Of a stretch of 64,000 nt of DNA, positions 35,317-45,030 are shown in pieces. The position numbers and the translations under genes are program-made. Numbering within the stretch: the first letter of the stretch is position 1; each line of letters begins with the position of its first letter. A model generated the notes under the pieces. It was given only the letters and a program-made list of their open reading frames with translations, ran no database searches and was not told the DNA's origin. The DNA is from an uncultured Gammaproteobacteria bacterium (GTDB lineage: Bacteria; Patescibacteriota; Patescibacteriia; UBA1558; 2-01-FULL-52-15), in assembly GCA_964540995.1 (NCBI GenBank), contig CAZIOU010000001.1, positions 103,407 through 167,406 on the forward strand, in the 5' to 3' direction.

Positions 35317-37011
35317 ATGAAATGGCAGCTAGCACCTCAAAGTAATGATATTCCTTATGCTGAATATCCGGAGATTCCTACTCCGGTTGTTCGTATTCTG
35401 TGGAATCGAGGACTGACCACCCAAGTAGCAATTGATCGTTTCTTGCATCCGGAATACAGCGTTGATTGTCTCGATCCGTATCTATTTCGAGATATGCATA
35501 AGGCCTGCGATCGGATCTTCGCAGCACGTGACCAACATCAGAAAGTGGTAGTACACGGTGATTATGATGCTGATGGAGTTTCTGCCGCGACAATATTGCA
35601 TACAGTTTTGAAAAATCTGGGTGTTCAAGTCGAAGTGTTCTTACCTCATCGTGAGAAAGACGGTTACGGCTTAAATATTAATACGGTTAAGGATTTACAC
35701 GCCAACGGAGCGGATCTGATCATCACCTGTGATTGTGGTATTAGTAATGTCGAGCAAGTAGCTTTGGCCAATTCACTGGGCATGGATGTTATTATCACGG
35801 ACCATCACCAGATGGGGAAAGTATTACCGGCTGCACACGCTATTATTCATCCGCGTGTGCCAGGTGAGACCTATCCCTTTATCGATTTGGCGGGCGGAGG
35901 AGTAGCCTTCAAGTTGGCGCAAGGTTTGATTCATGATGCTAGGTCGGGCTGGAATGAACATGAGCAAGAGACACAAGAGAAATGGTTGCTGGATTTGGTA
36001 GCTATATCTACCGTGGCTGACATGGTTTCGCTGACAGGAGAGAACCGTGCCTTGGTCAGATACGGCTTAATGGTATTACGCAAAACCAAACGTATTGGAT
36101 TGGCGGCTTTGCTCAGTGGCGCCAAGCTCGACCCCAAGCAATTGACCGAGACATCGATTGGTTTCCAGATCGCTCCTCGCATCAATGCTGCCGGACGTAT
36201 GGATCATGCTAATGGAGCATATTTTCTGATGATTGAGGAAGATCCGCGCAAGGCTGATGAGTTGGCACTGGCATTGAATGAAGCTAATACGAGGCGACAG
36301 AAAGAAACGGAAATTACGGTACGAGAAGCGCTCGCGCAGAAGCCTGACGCTGAAGCACCGGCGCTATTTTTCTACAACGAAAACTGGACTCTTGGTCTGA
36401 CTGGTCTGGTGGCGGGGAAATTGGTGCGTCAATTCAATCGTCCTTGCTTCGTTATGGGGCATGATGGTGATAAGGTTGTTGGCTCTGGTCGCAGTATCCC
36501 CGGAATCGATCTCTATCAATCGATCAAACAAGCCGAGAAGATCCTTTTGGCTTTTGGTGGGCATAATCAGGCTTGTGGTTTCCGTCTGCCTTTGGAACAG
36601 TTACCAACCTTCCAGCAAATAGTTAGTGACTATATTGGAACTAACCTAGCTACACTTGATACTGAACAGAAGCTGTCCATCGATACAACGATGTTATTTC
36701 CCGATATTAGTTGGGAGTTATTAGATTTTTTAGCTTTATTTCCTCCTTTTGGCATCGGTAATGACCAACCACTATTTGAAACTGATGATGTTATCGTCAT
36801 CTCGGCTCAACCAGTTGGTAAGGATTTGAATCATTGGAAGTTAGTACTAGAACATCAAGGGCGTCAGTTGCCGGCTATAGGTTTTGACCAGATGCATGTA
36901 GCCTTGAAGCCGGGCGATCATATTGATATTGTATATGCGGCAGCGATCAATGAATGGAATGGCAATCGCGCCATTCAGTTACAATTAAAAGACGTCAAAC
37001 ATCATGAGTGA
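35317..37011 (+). CDS. recJ: single-stranded-DNA-specific exonuclease RecJ
   Basis: DHH motifs VHGDYDADGVSA, ITCDCG and ITDHHQ, with the DHHA1 region. Confidence 0.9.
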   Translation: MKWQLAPQSNDIPYAEYPEIPTPVVRILWNRGLTTQVAIDRFLHPEYSVDCLDPYLFRDMHKACDRIFAARDQHQKVVVHGDYDADGVSAATILHTVLKNLGVQVEVFLPHREKDGYGLNINTVKDLHANGADLIITCDCGISNVEQVALANSLGMDVIITDHHQMGKVLPAAHAIIHPRVPGETYPFIDLAGGGVAFKLAQGLIHDARSGWNEHEQETQEKWLLDLVAISTVADMVSLTGENRALVRYGLMVLRKTKRIGLAALLSGAKLDPKQLTETSIGFQIAPRINAAGRMDHANGAYFLMIEEDPRKADELALALNEANTRRQKETEITVREALAQKPDAEAPALFFYNENWTLGLTGLVAGKLVRQFNRPCFVMGHDGDKVVGSGRSIPGIDLYQSIKQAEKILLAFGGHNQACGFRLPLEQLPTFQQIVSDYIGTNLATLDTEQKLSIDTTMLFPDISWELLDFLALFPPFGIGNDQPLFETDDVIVISAQPVGKDLNHWKLVLEHQGRQLPAIGFDQMHVALKPGDHIDIVYAAAINEWNGNRAIQLQLKDVKHHE

Positions 37012-37411
37012 TATTACCTTATTTTCTGATGGTGGAGCTCGCGGTAACCCAGGACCAGCAGCCATCGGTGTAGTCTGTTATCGCGGCAGCGAGCAGCTCT
37101 GGACATTAAAGCGCTATATTGGCGAGACGACCAATAATCAAGCAGAATACCGCGCCTTGCTAGCGGGCTTACAGAAGGCATCCGGCCTAAGCCCCACCAT
37201 CACCTGTTATCTCGATAGTGAGTTGGTGGTCAAGCAGCTCCGAGGCGAATATAAAGTCAAAGATAAGGATTTGCAACTCCTAGTGCGTGAAGTGATAGCT
37301 GCTTTGCAAGCTTTCGAACGAGTCAACTTCGAGCATGTACCTCGCGCCAAAAATGCGGTAGCCGACCGGCTGGTCAATGAGGCACTTGATGAACAACTAG
37401 CTCGGGGTTAG
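37004..37411 (+). CDS. rnhA: ribonuclease HI
   Basis: FSDGGARGNPGPAAIG and TNNQAEYRALLAGL. Confidence 0.85.
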   Translation: MSDITLFSDGGARGNPGPAAIGVVCYRGSEQLWTLKRYIGETTNNQAEYRALLAGLQKASGLSPTITCYLDSELVVKQLRGEYKVKDKDLQLLVREVIAALQAFERVNFEHVPRAKNAVADRLVNEALDEQLARG

Positions 37412-37427
37412 GATAGGGATATTACTT

Positions 37428-38462
37428 ATGTCTACAGCAGCTTACGGGCAGTGGCCGGTTTTTGGCCATAGCCGCCAAATCTCCATTATCCAGCGTTCTC
37501 TAGAGCAGGGGACTATGTCTCATGCCTATGTATTGTATGGATTGCGAGGCATTGGTAAGAAATATTTTGTTAGTTGCTGGCTTAAGCAGTTGTACTGTGA
37601 AACTGGTCGGGTGGATTGTGTCGATTGCTCCGCCTGCCAACGGCTAGCAGAACGGCGTCATTCAGATGTTATGTATTTGCCGCAGGAAGAAGCGAGTGCT
37701 ATCACGATCGACGATGTGCGGTCAATCTTGCATTTTGTCTCGCGCTCCAGTGAAAGTAAGTTAGGCTACAAATGTATCATCTTAGAGCGAGCCGAATACT
37801 TAACCCCGGAAGCCAGCAATGCGCTGCTCAAAACTCTAGAAGAAGCGCCAGCTCGAGTACTATTTATACTATTAGCCCAGAATGTAAACGGGATTATACC
37901 TACGATTCGCTCTCGCTGTACGTTACTCAAATTATTGCCGCTGCAAGACAGTGAGATGCGCGGCTGGTTGCAGACCATGAATGTTCCGGCCGAGCAACAG
38001 GATACGATTATGGCTATCGCTATGGGTAGACCAGGTAAAGCTCTAGAATTAATCAAGGATAATCTTCAATCGTATCAGCAACAGATAGATCAGGGCTGGC
38101 AGCTTCTCGCCAATAGGACGTATGATAATTTTTATTCGCTCAAAGTATGGCTAGACGAGATTGCTCGTGAGGTCAAGAAAGGTAGTTCCTTTTCGGCCGC
38201 TGATGCCAGTCTCGATCGCATCAATTATTTAGAGCTTATATTACGCGATTGTCTGCTCGGCAAGATTCACTCTAATTTCACACTGCCGAGTATCAGACAG
38301 ACCAACGGCGTTGATAATTTGACGCGATTGTCGGTAGTTCAATTATTGAGGATCATGGCGGCGCTGCGCCAATTGCGATATACTATACGACAGAATGTCA
38401 ACGTCTCGTTGGCGTGGGAATATTTTTTCCTTCAAATCAATCAAATAAAACCAACCGCATGA
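37428..38462 (+). CDS. holB: DNA polymerase III subunit delta'
   Basis: HAYVLYGLRGIGKK P-loop-like region, CVDCSACQ zinc module and SRC motif (TIRSRC). Confidence 0.8.
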   Translation: MSTAAYGQWPVFGHSRQISIIQRSLEQGTMSHAYVLYGLRGIGKKYFVSCWLKQLYCETGRVDCVDCSACQRLAERRHSDVMYLPQEEASAITIDDVRSILHFVSRSSESKLGYKCIILERAEYLTPEASNALLKTLEEAPARVLFILLAQNVNGIIPTIRSRCTLLKLLPLQDSEMRGWLQTMNVPAEQQDTIMAIAMGRPGKALELIKDNLQSYQQQIDQGWQLLANRTYDNFYSLKVWLDEIAREVKKGSSFSAADASLDRINYLELILRDCLLGKIHSNFTLPSIRQTNGVDNLTRLSVVQLLRIMAALRQLRYTIRQNVNVSLAWEYFFLQINQIKPTA

Positions 38463-39556
38463 AAAAATTAATCCTCCTTCTGTGCTTACCATTGATCGTT
38501 GCAGGCTGTACGGTGATCAAAGTGAATAAAGGTGCTTCCAATACTACCGTCGCGCCATCGACCGGATTCTATAAAACTATTGACCGAGGCGACAATTGGT
38601 CGATCAAAAGCAGTATATTAGCCGTCAACGGCGATCGTAAGAGCTTTTCGGGAGCCAATGTGACCGTTATGGCCATGGATCCGACCGACGCCAAAACGCT
38701 TTATCTTGGAACGGCTGATCGAGGGTTATTAATTTCTCATGATCGTGGTGAAGGCTGGCAGGAAACATTAACTGGTTTGGGAGTTATCAATGGTGTGGCG
38801 GTTGACCCGCAGAGCCGCTGTACTATCTATGCTTTGGTTTATAACAAAGTCTATAAGACAGTTGATTGCGCTCGTGAATGGAAACCAATTCAATTGAGCT
38901 CGTTGGAAGGTGAATACTATTCTGCCTTGGCCATCGACTTTCAGAATCCGAGAATAGTTTATGTGGGGACTTCCAAAGGAACGATTCTACGGTCCACCGA
39001 CTCAGGCTTTAGCTGGCAAGCTATCAGCTATCAGCCCAGCCGCATCAGCTGGATGATCGTCAATCCAGCCAAAGCCAAAGAGTTCTACTTGGCTACTGTT
39101 TCTTCGGGCTTGCGTTTGAGCAATGACAATGGTGTAACTTGGAAGAATTTGGGTGATTTGGAAGTAGAAGGTACTGCCGCCAATGGCAAACCCAACAAAG
39201 CACTGAAGGACTTGGCGGGTAGTCAGAATTATCTCTACGCTGCCTACGATCCGAGCGGCACTAGTCAATTGCTCTACAGCAACAATTATGGTATGTTCAG
39301 ACTGACAAAGGGTAATATTTGGCAGGAAATACAGATCCTCAATAAGCCCAAACAAGAGCGTGTTTTGGCCATTGCCATCAATCAGACAAATGGTCAAGAG
39401 CTCTTTTTTGTCACCGATGGTGCCTTCTATCAAACCAAAAATGGTGGCACTGACTGGACGGTGCGCAAATTACCGACTCCGGGGACTCCACGTTTCTTGC
39501 TCGCCAATCCAACCAATGCCAACGAATTATATGTCACCTTTTTCAAAACGAAATAA
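38459..39556 (+). CDS. BNR/Asp-box repeat beta-propeller lipoprotein
   Basis: Lipobox LIVAGC. Five SxDxGxxW-type repeats (TIDRGDNWS, SHDRGEGWQ, STDSGFSWQ, SNDNGVTWK, KNGGTDWT). Start at the internal ATG overlapping the holB stop. Confidence 0.7.
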   Translation: MKKLILLLCLPLIVAGCTVIKVNKGASNTTVAPSTGFYKTIDRGDNWSIKSSILAVNGDRKSFSGANVTVMAMDPTDAKTLYLGTADRGLLISHDRGEGWQETLTGLGVINGVAVDPQSRCTIYALVYNKVYKTVDCAREWKPIQLSSLEGEYYSALAIDFQNPRIVYVGTSKGTILRSTDSGFSWQAISYQPSRISWMIVNPAKAKEFYLATVSSGLRLSNDNGVTWKNLGDLEVEGTAANGKPNKALKDLAGSQNYLYAAYDPSGTSQLLYSNNYGMFRLTKGNIWQEIQILNKPKQERVLAIAINQTNGQELFFVTDGAFYQTKNGGTDWTVRKLPTPGTPRFLLANPTNANELYVTFFKTK

Positions 39557-39558
39557 TT

Positions 39559-40110
39559 ATGTCTTATAGTGTAGAAGCCAAGAACGAATTTCAAGCCTCA
39601 ATCGAACATTTCAAAACCGATATTGCTTCCTTGCGTACCGGTCGTGTCTCGCCGTCAGTATTAGATGAGATCATGGTTGATGCTTACGGTAGCATGATGC
39701 CTTTGATCCAGCTGGCTAGTATTGCAGCGCCGGAACCGCGTCTGATCACTATTCAGCCGTGGGATAAGGCCGTGACCAAGAGTATCGAACAGGCGATACA
39801 GAAAAGTGAGCTCAACCTGCAGCCGATCGTTGATCGCGATACCATTCGATTGAATTTTCCAGCTCTGACAGAAGAGAAGCGCAAAGAGCTAGTCAAAATA
39901 TTAAGTCAGAAGGCCGAAGCGGCTCGTGTCAGCATGCGTCAGAAGCGAGAGAAATTACGCGATCAGATCAGTAGCGATCACAAAGATGGTGCCATGGGTG
40001 AAGATGAGAAGTTTAAAGCCATGGAAGAGCTGGATAAAATTATCAAAGAATTCCATGATCAGATCAAAGCTATTTCCGAGGCCAAAGAAAAAGAAATCAT
40101 GACTATCTAA
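39559..40110 (+). CDS. frr: ribosome recycling factor
   Basis: Full-length RRF-like sequence (RTGRVSPSVLDEIMVDAYG...). Confidence 0.9.
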   Translation: MSYSVEAKNEFQASIEHFKTDIASLRTGRVSPSVLDEIMVDAYGSMMPLIQLASIAAPEPRLITIQPWDKAVTKSIEQAIQKSELNLQPIVDRDTIRLNFPALTEEKRKELVKILSQKAEAARVSMRQKREKLRDQISSDHKDGAMGEDEKFKAMEELDKIIKEFHDQIKAISEAKEKEIMTI

Positions 40111-40113
40111 CCG

Positions 40114-41223
40114 ATGATTATAGCCATTATTACATTTATTATCGTTCTTGGACTGCTCGTGTTTGTACACGAGCTTGGCCATTTTATGACTGCCCGCCGT
40201 TTCGGGATCAAAGTAGAGGAGTTCGGCTTTGGTTTCCCGCCACGGATCTGGGGTATCCAGAAGGGCGAGACGCTTTATAGTATCAATTGGATACCACTCG
40301 GTGGTTTCGTCAAAATTCATGGTGAACAAGGCGAGGATAAACAATCGACCGAAAGCTTTGCCGGCAAGCCAGCATGGAAAAGGATCATTGTCCTGTCAGC
40401 TGGAGTACTGATGAACTTTGCTTTTGCTTTCTTGCTCTATACGGTAGGATTTACGATTGGATTGCCGCAAACCTTGAGTGATGAAGATGCTGCCAGCATG
40501 AAGCTCGCTGCTGCACCGGTAGTAATTTCTCAAATTATGGATGATAGTCCCGCTTCTCGTGCAGGATTGAAAGTGGGTGATCAGATCACTTCGGTGGAGT
40601 CAGTCGCTGTCAGCTCTATTGCTCAAGCCCAAGATGTCCTACGACAGCGTCAGGACCAGCCGACTGCAGTTATGATTCAGCGCGGTGCAGCCACCTTAGA
40701 CCTAACGATTACACCACAACAATTAAGCGGCAGCGATCATCCGATTATTGGAGTAGGTTTATCGCGAGTGGGCATTGTTAGATATCCCGTGTGGGAAGCT
40801 GTCTGGCGAGGACTACAAGCCACGGTGACTATGATTATCGCTATACTCTTGGCTTTCTTGGGACTACTACGCAACCTATTTGCTTCTGGTTCAGTCGGTA
40901 GCGATGTCGCCGGACCAATCGGCGTAGCTGTCATGACTAATCAAGTAGTCAATCTTGGCTGGGCCTATGTCATAACTTTTGCGGCAGCTCTGTCTATCAA
41001 TCTAGGCATCATCAATATTTTGCCATTTCCAGCTTTGGATGGTGGTAGAATCCTTTTTGTCCTGATAGAGAAGATCAAAGGTTCGGCTGTAAGTGAGAAA
41101 GTAGAAGGTACTGTTCATAATATTGGTTTCGGGTTATTGCTGCTGTTGATGGCGGTAGTTACTTTCCATGATGTATTGCGCTATGGTGGACAGATATTAC
41201 AGCGCATTACTAGCTTATTTTAG
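40114..41223 (+). CDS. rseP: RIP metalloprotease RseP (M50 family with PDZ)
   Basis: HELGHFMTARRFGIKVEEFGFGFPPRIWG, a PDZ segment and a C-terminal LDGGR motif. Confidence 0.85.
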   Translation: MIIAIITFIIVLGLLVFVHELGHFMTARRFGIKVEEFGFGFPPRIWGIQKGETLYSINWIPLGGFVKIHGEQGEDKQSTESFAGKPAWKRIIVLSAGVLMNFAFAFLLYTVGFTIGLPQTLSDEDAASMKLAAAPVVISQIMDDSPASRAGLKVGDQITSVESVAVSSIAQAQDVLRQRQDQPTAVMIQRGAATLDLTITPQQLSGSDHPIIGVGLSRVGIVRYPVWEAVWRGLQATVTMIIAILLAFLGLLRNLFASGSVGSDVAGPIGVAVMTNQVVNLGWAYVITFAAALSINLGIINILPFPALDGGRILFVLIEKIKGSAVSEKVEGTVHNIGFGLLLLLMAVVTFHDVLRYGGQILQRITSLF

Positions 41224-41226
41224 ACT

Positions 41227-41523
41227 ATGAAGTTTACGGTTAACGCACCTCAAGGCTCGCCAGAACAGCTGATGCGTAGTTGGGGTTATTCGCCTAATGA
41301 TAATCGTTCTGCTCAGCCCAATTATGTCCGTCGTTTACGACCAGGACAGCTATGGCCACGATATCATCTCTACATCTCGCTGCAAGGCACTACCATGGTT
41401 TGCGATCTGCATGTCGATCAGAAACCAGATACACGACATTATAATCCCACCCACGCTCATAACGGTGAATATGACGGACCGTTAGTGGAACAAGAAGTTA
41501 ATCGATTACAACAAAGTATATGA
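41227..41523 (+). CDS. hypothetical protein
   Basis: 98-aa ORF packed between rseP and proS. His-rich C-terminal half. Confidence 0.4.
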   Translation: MKFTVNAPQGSPEQLMRSWGYSPNDNRSAQPNYVRRLRPGQLWPRYHLYISLQGTTMVCDLHVDQKPDTRHYNPTHAHNGEYDGPLVEQEVNRLQQSI

Positions 41524-42791
41524 GTCTACTATTACAATCAAAACTATTCGGCCGCACTCGCAAAGAGGTGTCCAAAGAAGAAGCAAGTATCAATGCTCAA
41601 TTATTGATACGAGGTGGCTATATTGAGAAGAATATGGCAGGTGTTTATTCTTACTTGCCTTTAGGATTGCGAGTCTTACGCAAGATTGAAGATATTATAC
41701 GTGAAGAGATGAACAAGCTTGGCGCTCAAGAAGTGCTGATGCCAGCACTGCAGAATAAAGAAGTCTGGAGTCTAACGGGTCGCTGGCAGAATGCCGTCGG
41801 TGGCACGATGTATAAATTCCAAGATTCCGGTGGACATGAGTTTGGTTTGGGGCCGACCCACGAAGAGGTTATTGTGGATTTACTCAAACGACACGTCAAA
41901 TCCTACAAAGATTTGCCACTCTATGTCTATCAGATTCAGGATAAGTTTCGTGATGAACCCCGTGCCAAATCAGGCTTGCTGCGTGGTCGTGAGTTCTTCA
42001 TGAAGGATTTATATTCTTTCACCACAACCAAGGAAGAAAGTGATGCCTTCTACAAACGTGTTCAAGATGCTTATTTTGCCATTTTCCGACGGCTGGGACT
42101 AGAAGCTTTCTTGGTGGAAGCTTCAGGCGGTACTATGAGTAAGAAGCATTCACATGAGTTCATGGTGGTGACCAAGGCCGGCGAGGATATTACTTATTTC
42201 TGTCGCGCTTGTCATTGGGCGCAGAATAAAGAAATTACTGAAGTCAAAGCTGGCGATCCTTGTCCGCAATGTGGTAAGCCATTGGCTGAAGAGAAGACAG
42301 TTGAACTCGGTAACATCTTCGACCAAGAGACTATCTATACCGAACAGATGGGTGCCAATTTCACTGCTGCTGATGGTACTATTAAGCCTATGTTTATGGG
42401 CGCTTACGGTATCGGGGTGAGCCGAGCGATGGGTACCATCGTTGAAGCCAGCCATGATGACAAAGGTATCATCTGGACGCCAGAAGTAACTCCTTTTCAG
42501 GTTCACTTGATTTTATTATCTGACGATACTAAAGTAGCTGCCAAAGGACACGAGATCAGCCAGTTATTAGCTGACCGTTGGGATGTCTTACTTGATGATC
42601 GTGATGCTTCTGTCGGTCAGAAACTCAATGATGCAGATCTCTTGGGAATCCCAATACAGATAATTGTGGGACAGAAAAACTTGCCGCAGGTTGAATGGAA
42701 ACTGCGTCGCGATATGACAACTTCCATTGTTGAAGCGGCTGACATTGTGCAATTATTAGAAGCTTTTTATGCTCAAGCGCCTATTCGGTAA
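41520..42791 (+). CDS. proS: proline--tRNA ligase (short form)
   Basis: Class II motifs (FRDEPRAKSGLLRGREFFMKD and GAYGIGVSR) and a C-terminal Zn-binding CPQCG. Confidence 0.9.
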   Translation: MSLLLQSKLFGRTRKEVSKEEASINAQLLIRGGYIEKNMAGVYSYLPLGLRVLRKIEDIIREEMNKLGAQEVLMPALQNKEVWSLTGRWQNAVGGTMYKFQDSGGHEFGLGPTHEEVIVDLLKRHVKSYKDLPLYVYQIQDKFRDEPRAKSGLLRGREFFMKDLYSFTTTKEESDAFYKRVQDAYFAIFRRLGLEAFLVEASGGTMSKKHSHEFMVVTKAGEDITYFCRACHWAQNKEITEVKAGDPCPQCGKPLAEEKTVELGNIFDQETIYTEQMGANFTAADGTIKPMFMGAYGIGVSRAMGTIVEASHDDKGIIWTPEVTPFQVHLILLSDDTKVAAKGHEISQLLADRWDVLLDDRDASVGQKLNDADLLGIPIQIIVGQKNLPQVEWKLRRDMTTSIVEAADIVQLLEAFYAQAPIR

Positions 42792-43821
42792 ATTTTCCAA
42801 GGATCTCGGCATTGATCTTGGTACGGCCAATACCTTGGTATACGTCAAAGACCAAGGTATTGTCATCAACGAACCGTCAGTGGTAGCCATCAATAACCGC
42901 ACTGACCAAATATTGGCCGTAGGTCAAGATGCCAAGATTATGATCGGCAAGACGCCGGCTTACATTACAATCACTCGACCGATGGTCGATGGTGTGATTT
43001 CTGATTTTGAAGTTACTGAGAAGATGTTGCGTTATTTTATCGATAAGGTGCATAAAGAAAGTTTCACCCTCATTCCGCGGCCTCGTGTCGTGGTAGCTAT
43101 CCCTCTAGATATTACTGAAGTCGAGCATAAGGCGGTCGAAGATGCTGTTACGAGCGCTGGTGCGCGAGAAGTATTGTTGATCGAACAGCCGGTTGCAGCA
43201 GCTATTGGCGCTGGGCTGCAGATCCAGGAGGCTACGGCTAATATGGTGGTGGAGATCGGTGGCGGTACTACTGAAATAGCTGTAATATCTCTGGGCGGTG
43301 TCGTCACTTGGAAATCTTTGAAGTTAGCGGGTGACAAATTCAATGAAGCCATTGCTCAACATATTCGTGATAAATACAATTTGATCTTGGGCGACAAAAC
43401 TGCGGAACGAGTCAAAATTGATGTTGGTTCGGCCATGCCCCTAAAAGAAAAAATTTCTGTCACCGTTCGCGGTCGAGACGCTATCAGTGGTTTACCTCGC
43501 GAAATCGACGTTTCTGATAGTGATATCCGAGAGGCGCTGGTTAAGCCCTTGCGTATTATCACAGACAATATTAAATTAACTATCGAGAACACTCCACCCG
43601 AACTGGTAGCTGATCTGTACCAGCGTGGCCTCGTCTTATCTGGTGGTGGAGCCTTACTTCGTTCACTTGATCGCCTTATTGAGCATGAAACCAAGATTCC
43701 AGTACATATAACTAATGATCCTTTAACTAGTGTTGTCAGAGGTACGGGAGTTGTGTTGGAAGAGTTTGATACCTTGAAACAAATTCTCCTACCATCTACT
43801 CGTGACGGTGCCTGGAAATAA
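42769..43821 (+). CDS. mreB: rod shape-determining protein MreB
   Basis: DLGTANTLVYVKDQGIVINEPSVVAI actin-fold N-terminus. Full length. Confidence 0.9.
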   Translation: MLKRLFGKFSKDLGIDLGTANTLVYVKDQGIVINEPSVVAINNRTDQILAVGQDAKIMIGKTPAYITITRPMVDGVISDFEVTEKMLRYFIDKVHKESFTLIPRPRVVVAIPLDITEVEHKAVEDAVTSAGAREVLLIEQPVAAAIGAGLQIQEATANMVVEIGGGTTEIAVISLGGVVTWKSLKLAGDKFNEAIAQHIRDKYNLILGDKTAERVKIDVGSAMPLKEKISVTVRGRDAISGLPREIDVSDSDIREALVKPLRIITDNIKLTIENTPPELVADLYQRGLVLSGGGALLRSLDRLIEHETKIPVHITNDPLTSVVRGTGVVLEEFDTLKQILLPSTRDGAWK

Positions 43822-43823
43822 TT

Positions 43824-44546
43824 ATGCCCTCCAATCGCTTAGCTATCATTGTAACTTCAGTTCTAATCCTGGCCGCCCTTCTCTTGGGTGGTCAGTTGGT
43901 TAGTGCTTCTTGGTTGCGCTGGCTCTATCAGGCTGAAGCCTCAACTCAGAAGACTGATGTCAGCGACCAAGAGCAACGCTTAGCCCTTCTCTCATTGCAA
44001 GTGGCTGATCTACAGCAAGTTCGCAAGGAGAATGATGCCTTACGAGAACAGCTGAAATTTTACTCTCGTCATGCTTATCATTTTCAAGTCGGTTATATCA
44101 TAAGCCGTGATCCTTTTAATGATAATTTAATTACCCTTGATCTTGGCTCAGCTGAAGGTGTTCAGCCGGGACAACCAGTGGTAGTCAAAGACGGAATCAT
44201 TATCGCCAAAATTATTAAAACAGAAGACCACAAATCAGTCGCGGAGCTTCTGACGAGCGGTTTAAGTAAATTACCAGTAACTACTGCCGGGCTGAAAGAG
44301 ACTTCTGGCTTGCTCGTAGGTAGCTTAGGAAACTCCCTGCGAATGCAATATATCCCTACGCAGAATCAGCTGACCGAGCGAGAATTGGTGGTCACGTCAG
44401 GTCTCGAGAACGCGGTGCCAGCAGGACTGGTGGTCGGTACGATAGAACGTATCGAATCACCAGCTTCAGAAGTTTACAAAGTAGCTTACATCAAGCCTGT
44501 TATGGATTATCAGCAGGCACGGTTAATTTCCGTAATTACCGAATAA
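43824..44546 (+). CDS. mreC: rod shape-determining protein MreC
   Basis: N-terminal TM, coiled coil, beta-rich C-terminal domain. Position after mreB. Confidence 0.7.
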   Translation: MPSNRLAIIVTSVLILAALLLGGQLVSASWLRWLYQAEASTQKTDVSDQEQRLALLSLQVADLQQVRKENDALREQLKFYSRHAYHFQVGYIISRDPFNDNLITLDLGSAEGVQPGQPVVVKDGIIIAKIIKTEDHKSVAELLTSGLSKLPVTTAGLKETSGLLVGSLGNSLRMQYIPTQNQLTERELVVTSGLENAVPAGLVVGTIERIESPASEVYKVAYIKPVMDYQQARLISVITE

Positions 44547-44547
44547 T

Positions 44548-45030
44548 ATGCGCTACCTTTATGCCGTTACCAGCTTGGTAGTCGTTTTGCTGCAGGTATT
44601 ATTTCTTGACTTCGGTCCTTGGGCCTTAGTTTCCTTACCATTGATTTTCACTCTGGCTGTGTATATTCGGCGGGGCTTTCAGTGGGCTCTTGTCTATGGA
44701 GCTGTGGCTATGTGGCTGTGGGATCTGCATTTCTTTACCTTCGGATTACGAGCTTTGCTCTTGCTGGTAACCTTAGCGGCGCTGCACTTCCTGCGTGTTA
44801 CATTATTTTCCGAAAATAGTTTCCTCGGCATTGCTGCTCTGTCCTTGGTCGGCAGCTTACTGTTTAATGGCTTATTGATTTTTTCCCAAGGAATACTTCT
44901 AGGATTTCGCTATATTAGTTTCAATTGGAGCCAGGTATGGCTTATGCTTGTGGCTCTTGGCATCACTGTAGTTATCTGTTGGTTAGCTCATCAGCTTGGT
45001 GAGCGCTGGCATACTGTCATAAAACGATGA
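44548..45030 (+). CDS. mreD: rod shape-determining protein MreD (putative)
   Basis: 160-aa polytopic membrane protein between mreC and the PBP2 gene. Confidence 0.55.
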   Translation: MRYLYAVTSLVVVLLQVLFLDFGPWALVSLPLIFTLAVYIRRGFQWALVYGAVAMWLWDLHFFTFGLRALLLLVTLAALHFLRVTLFSENSFLGIAALSLVGSLLFNGLLIFSQGILLGFRYISFNWSQVWLMLVALGITVVICWLAHQLGERWHTVIKR